Assembly (NCBI GenBank): GCA_038087875.1
Contig: JAXLNO010000385.1
Location: 930,001-994,000 of the forward strand
Source of the DNA: Malacoraja senta
Taxonomy: Eukaryota
Reading direction: 5' to 3'
Length of the DNA stretch: 64,000 bases
In this document: positions 61,419-64,000 of the stretch, one piece after another
How positions within the stretch are numbered: position 1 is the stretch's first letter
Layout: the number at the start of each line of letters is the position of its first letter
The notes under the pieces: generated by a model
What the model was told of the DNA's origin: nothing
Databases searched by the model: none
What the model saw: the letters and a program-made list of their open reading frames with translations, nothing else
Made by a program: the position numbers and the translations under genes

Positions 61419-64000
61419 TTAGAGTTGAATGAATGAATGAATGAATGAATGGATGAATGAATACGTTTACTGGCCAAGTATTCGCATACAAGGAATTTGC
61501 CTTGGTGCTCCGCCCGTAAGTCGAACTCCAACTCTAGTTCGAGATAGAATATGAGTTCGAGTTCGCGTTCGAGTTCTAGATAGTTCGAGTTCGAGATAGA
61601 GTTCGAGTTCGAGTTCGTATTCGAGTTCGCGAAAGAGTTCGAGATAGACATAGAGTTCGTGATAAAATTCGAGATACAGTTCGAGTTCAAGTTCGATTTG
61701 GAGTTGGAGTTGGAGTTCGCGTTCGAGTTCGAGATAGAGTTCGAGTACGAGATACAATTCGAGCTCGAGTTCGAGTACGAGTTCAAGATAGAGTTCGAGA
61801 GAGTTCGAGATAAATGAATGAATGAATGAATGCATAAGTTTATTGGCCATATATTCACATACAAAGAGTTTGTCTTGGTGCTCCGCCCGCAAGTCGATAG
61901 AGATAGCTCGAGTCGTGATAGAATTAGAGTTAGAGTTCGAGTTCATGTTCGAGTTGGAATTGGTTCGAGTTCAAGATAGAGTTCGAGTTCAAGTTCAAAT
62001 TCGTTTGAGTTCGAGTTCAAGTTCGAGATAGAGTTCGAGTTCGAGTTCGAGTTCGAGTTGAATGAATGAATGAATGGATGAATGAATGAATGAATACGTT
62101 TATTGGCCAAGTATTCACATACAAGGAATTTGCCTTGGTGCTCCGCCCGTAAGTCGAAATCCAACTCGAGTTCGAGATCGAATCGAGCTCGAGTTCGAGA
62201 TAGATTTCGAGTTCGAGATAGAGTTCGAGGTCGAGATAGAGTTCGAGTTTGAATTCGAGTTTTAGCTAGAGATAGAGTTCGAGTTCAAGATGGAGTTCGT
62301 GTTCAAGATAGAGTTCCAGTTCGAGATCGAGTTTTAGATCGAGTTCGCGTTCGAGATAGATCGAGATAGAGTTCGAGTTCGAATTCGAGTTCGAGTTCGG
62401 GATAGAATTCCAGTTCGAGTTCGAGATAGAATTCGAGTTCGAGTTCGTTCGAGCTCGAGTTCGAGTTAATTGAATGAAATATTGTATAATTTTATTGACT
62501 AAGTATTCACCAAGTTTATTGGGCAAGATTTATGCCTTGGTTCTCCGCCCGAAAGTCGAACCCGAACTCGAGTTCCCGATAGTTCGAGTTCGAGATAGGG
62601 TTCGAGATTAAGATCGAGATCGAGGTCGAGTTCGAGTTCGAGAGAGAGTTCGAGATAGATTTCGAGATAAATTTCGAGTTCGAAATAGAGCTCGAGTTCG
62701 AGATTGAGTTCGACTTCGAGATAGAGTTCGAGATCGAGATAGAGATCGAGATCGAGTTCGAGTTAGAGAGAGAGTTCCATATAGAGTTCGAGTTCAAGAT
62801 AGTTCGAGTTCGAGTTCAAGATAGAGCTCGTTCGAGTTCGAGTTCGCGTTCGAGATAGTTCGAGATAGAGTTCGAGATAGAGTTCGAGTTCAAATTCAAG
62901 TTTTATCTAGAAATAGAGTTCGAGTTCAAGATAGATTTCGAGTTCGAGTTCAAGATAAAGTTCGAGTTCTAGATCGAGATCGAGTTTGAGATCGTGTTCG
63001 CGTTCGAGATATTTCGAGATAGAGTTCGTGATAGAGTTGAAGTTCGAGAGAGAGTTCGAGATATTTCGGCTTCGAGATAAGTGTTCGAGTACGAGATAGT
63101 TCGAGTTCGAGATAGAGTACGAGTTCGAGTTCGAGATTTAGTTAGAGATAGAGAGAGATAGTTCGAGAGTGAGTTCGAGAGAGAGTTCGAGATATATTTC
63201 GAGATAGATTTCGAGTTCGAGAGAGAGTTAGAGTTCGAGATAGAGTTCGAGTTCGAGATTGAGTTCGAGTTCGAGCGACAAAGTGTTCGAACTAGAGATA
63301 GTTCGAGTTCAAGATAGAGTTCGAGTTCAAGTTCGAATTCGAGTTCCAGATCGAGATCGAGTTCGAGATAAAGTTCGTATTCGAGATAGTTCGAGATAGA
63401 GTTCGAGAGAGAGAGATTTCGAGATAGTTCGAGTTCGAGTTCGAGATAAGTTCGAGTTCGAGATAGACTACGAGTTCGAGTTCGAGTTATAGTTAGAGAG
63501 AGAGAGAGAGATATAGTTCGAGTTAGAATTCGAGTTAGTTCGAGATAGAATTCGAGTTCGAGTTCGTTCGAGCTCGAGTTCGAGTTGAATGAATGAAAGA
63601 ATGTATAAGTTTATTGACTAAGTATTCACCAAGTTTATTGGCCAAGATAGTTGCCTTGGTGCTCCGCCCGAAAGTCGAACCCGAACTCGAGTTCCAGATA
63701 GAGTTCGAGTTCGAGATAGGGTTCGAGATCGAGATCGAGATCGAGATCGAGTTCGAGATCGAGAGAGAGTTCGAGATAGATTTCGAGATAAATTTCGAGT
63801 TCGAGATAGAGTTCGACTTCGAGATAGATTTCGAGATAAATTTCGAGTTCGAGATAGAGTTCGAGTTCGAGATAGTTCGAGTTCGAGATAGAGTTCGAGT
63901 TCGAGATAGAGTTCGAGATCGAGATAGAGATCGAGATCAAGATAGTGTTCGAGTTCGAGTTCGAGATCGAGTTGCGTTCGAGATAGTTCGAGATAGAGTT

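Larger units (their letters stand above)
55857..64000 (-). repeat. Satellite array collinear with 18601-24450, interrupted by MITEs, CR1 and L1
   Basis: Same order of cassette variants and hexamer variants as the first copy. Confidence 0.92.

Overview
Eukaryotic, gene-free, heterochromatin-like window, probably from a cartilaginous fish such as a skate or ray (inferred only from my recollection of the CR1, Rex1, Tx1 and Harbinger families present). The backbone is a CpG-rich hexamer satellite, (AACTCG)n/(CGAGTT)n. Roughly 45-50 times it is punctuated by a conserved ~65-75 bp cassette (…CGGGCGGAGCACCAAGGCAAATTCCTTGTATGTGAATACTTGGCCAATAAAC-(ATTC)n) that looks like the 3' terminus of a Rex1/Babar-type LINE. 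Decayed, nested mobile elements sit in the array: CR1, Rex1/Babar, Ingi/Vingi-like, Tx1-like, L1 (one near full length), a Crack/L2-like 3' end, a Gypsy LTR element, Harbinger-type MITEs, and a class III (ERV-L/S-like) retroviral pol fragment. Large-scale structure: an inverted duplication (arms ~6.2-9.7 kb and ~11.3-18.6 kb) across which satellite polarity flips, a multi-kb macro-unit present 2-3 times in direct orientation, smaller tandem duplications, and a 200-N gap at 53134-53333. No host protein-coding gene or RNA gene is supported. Most ORF-track calls are artefacts of a stop-free hexamer repeat or are transposon fragments. Family assignments come from motif recognition, not database searches.
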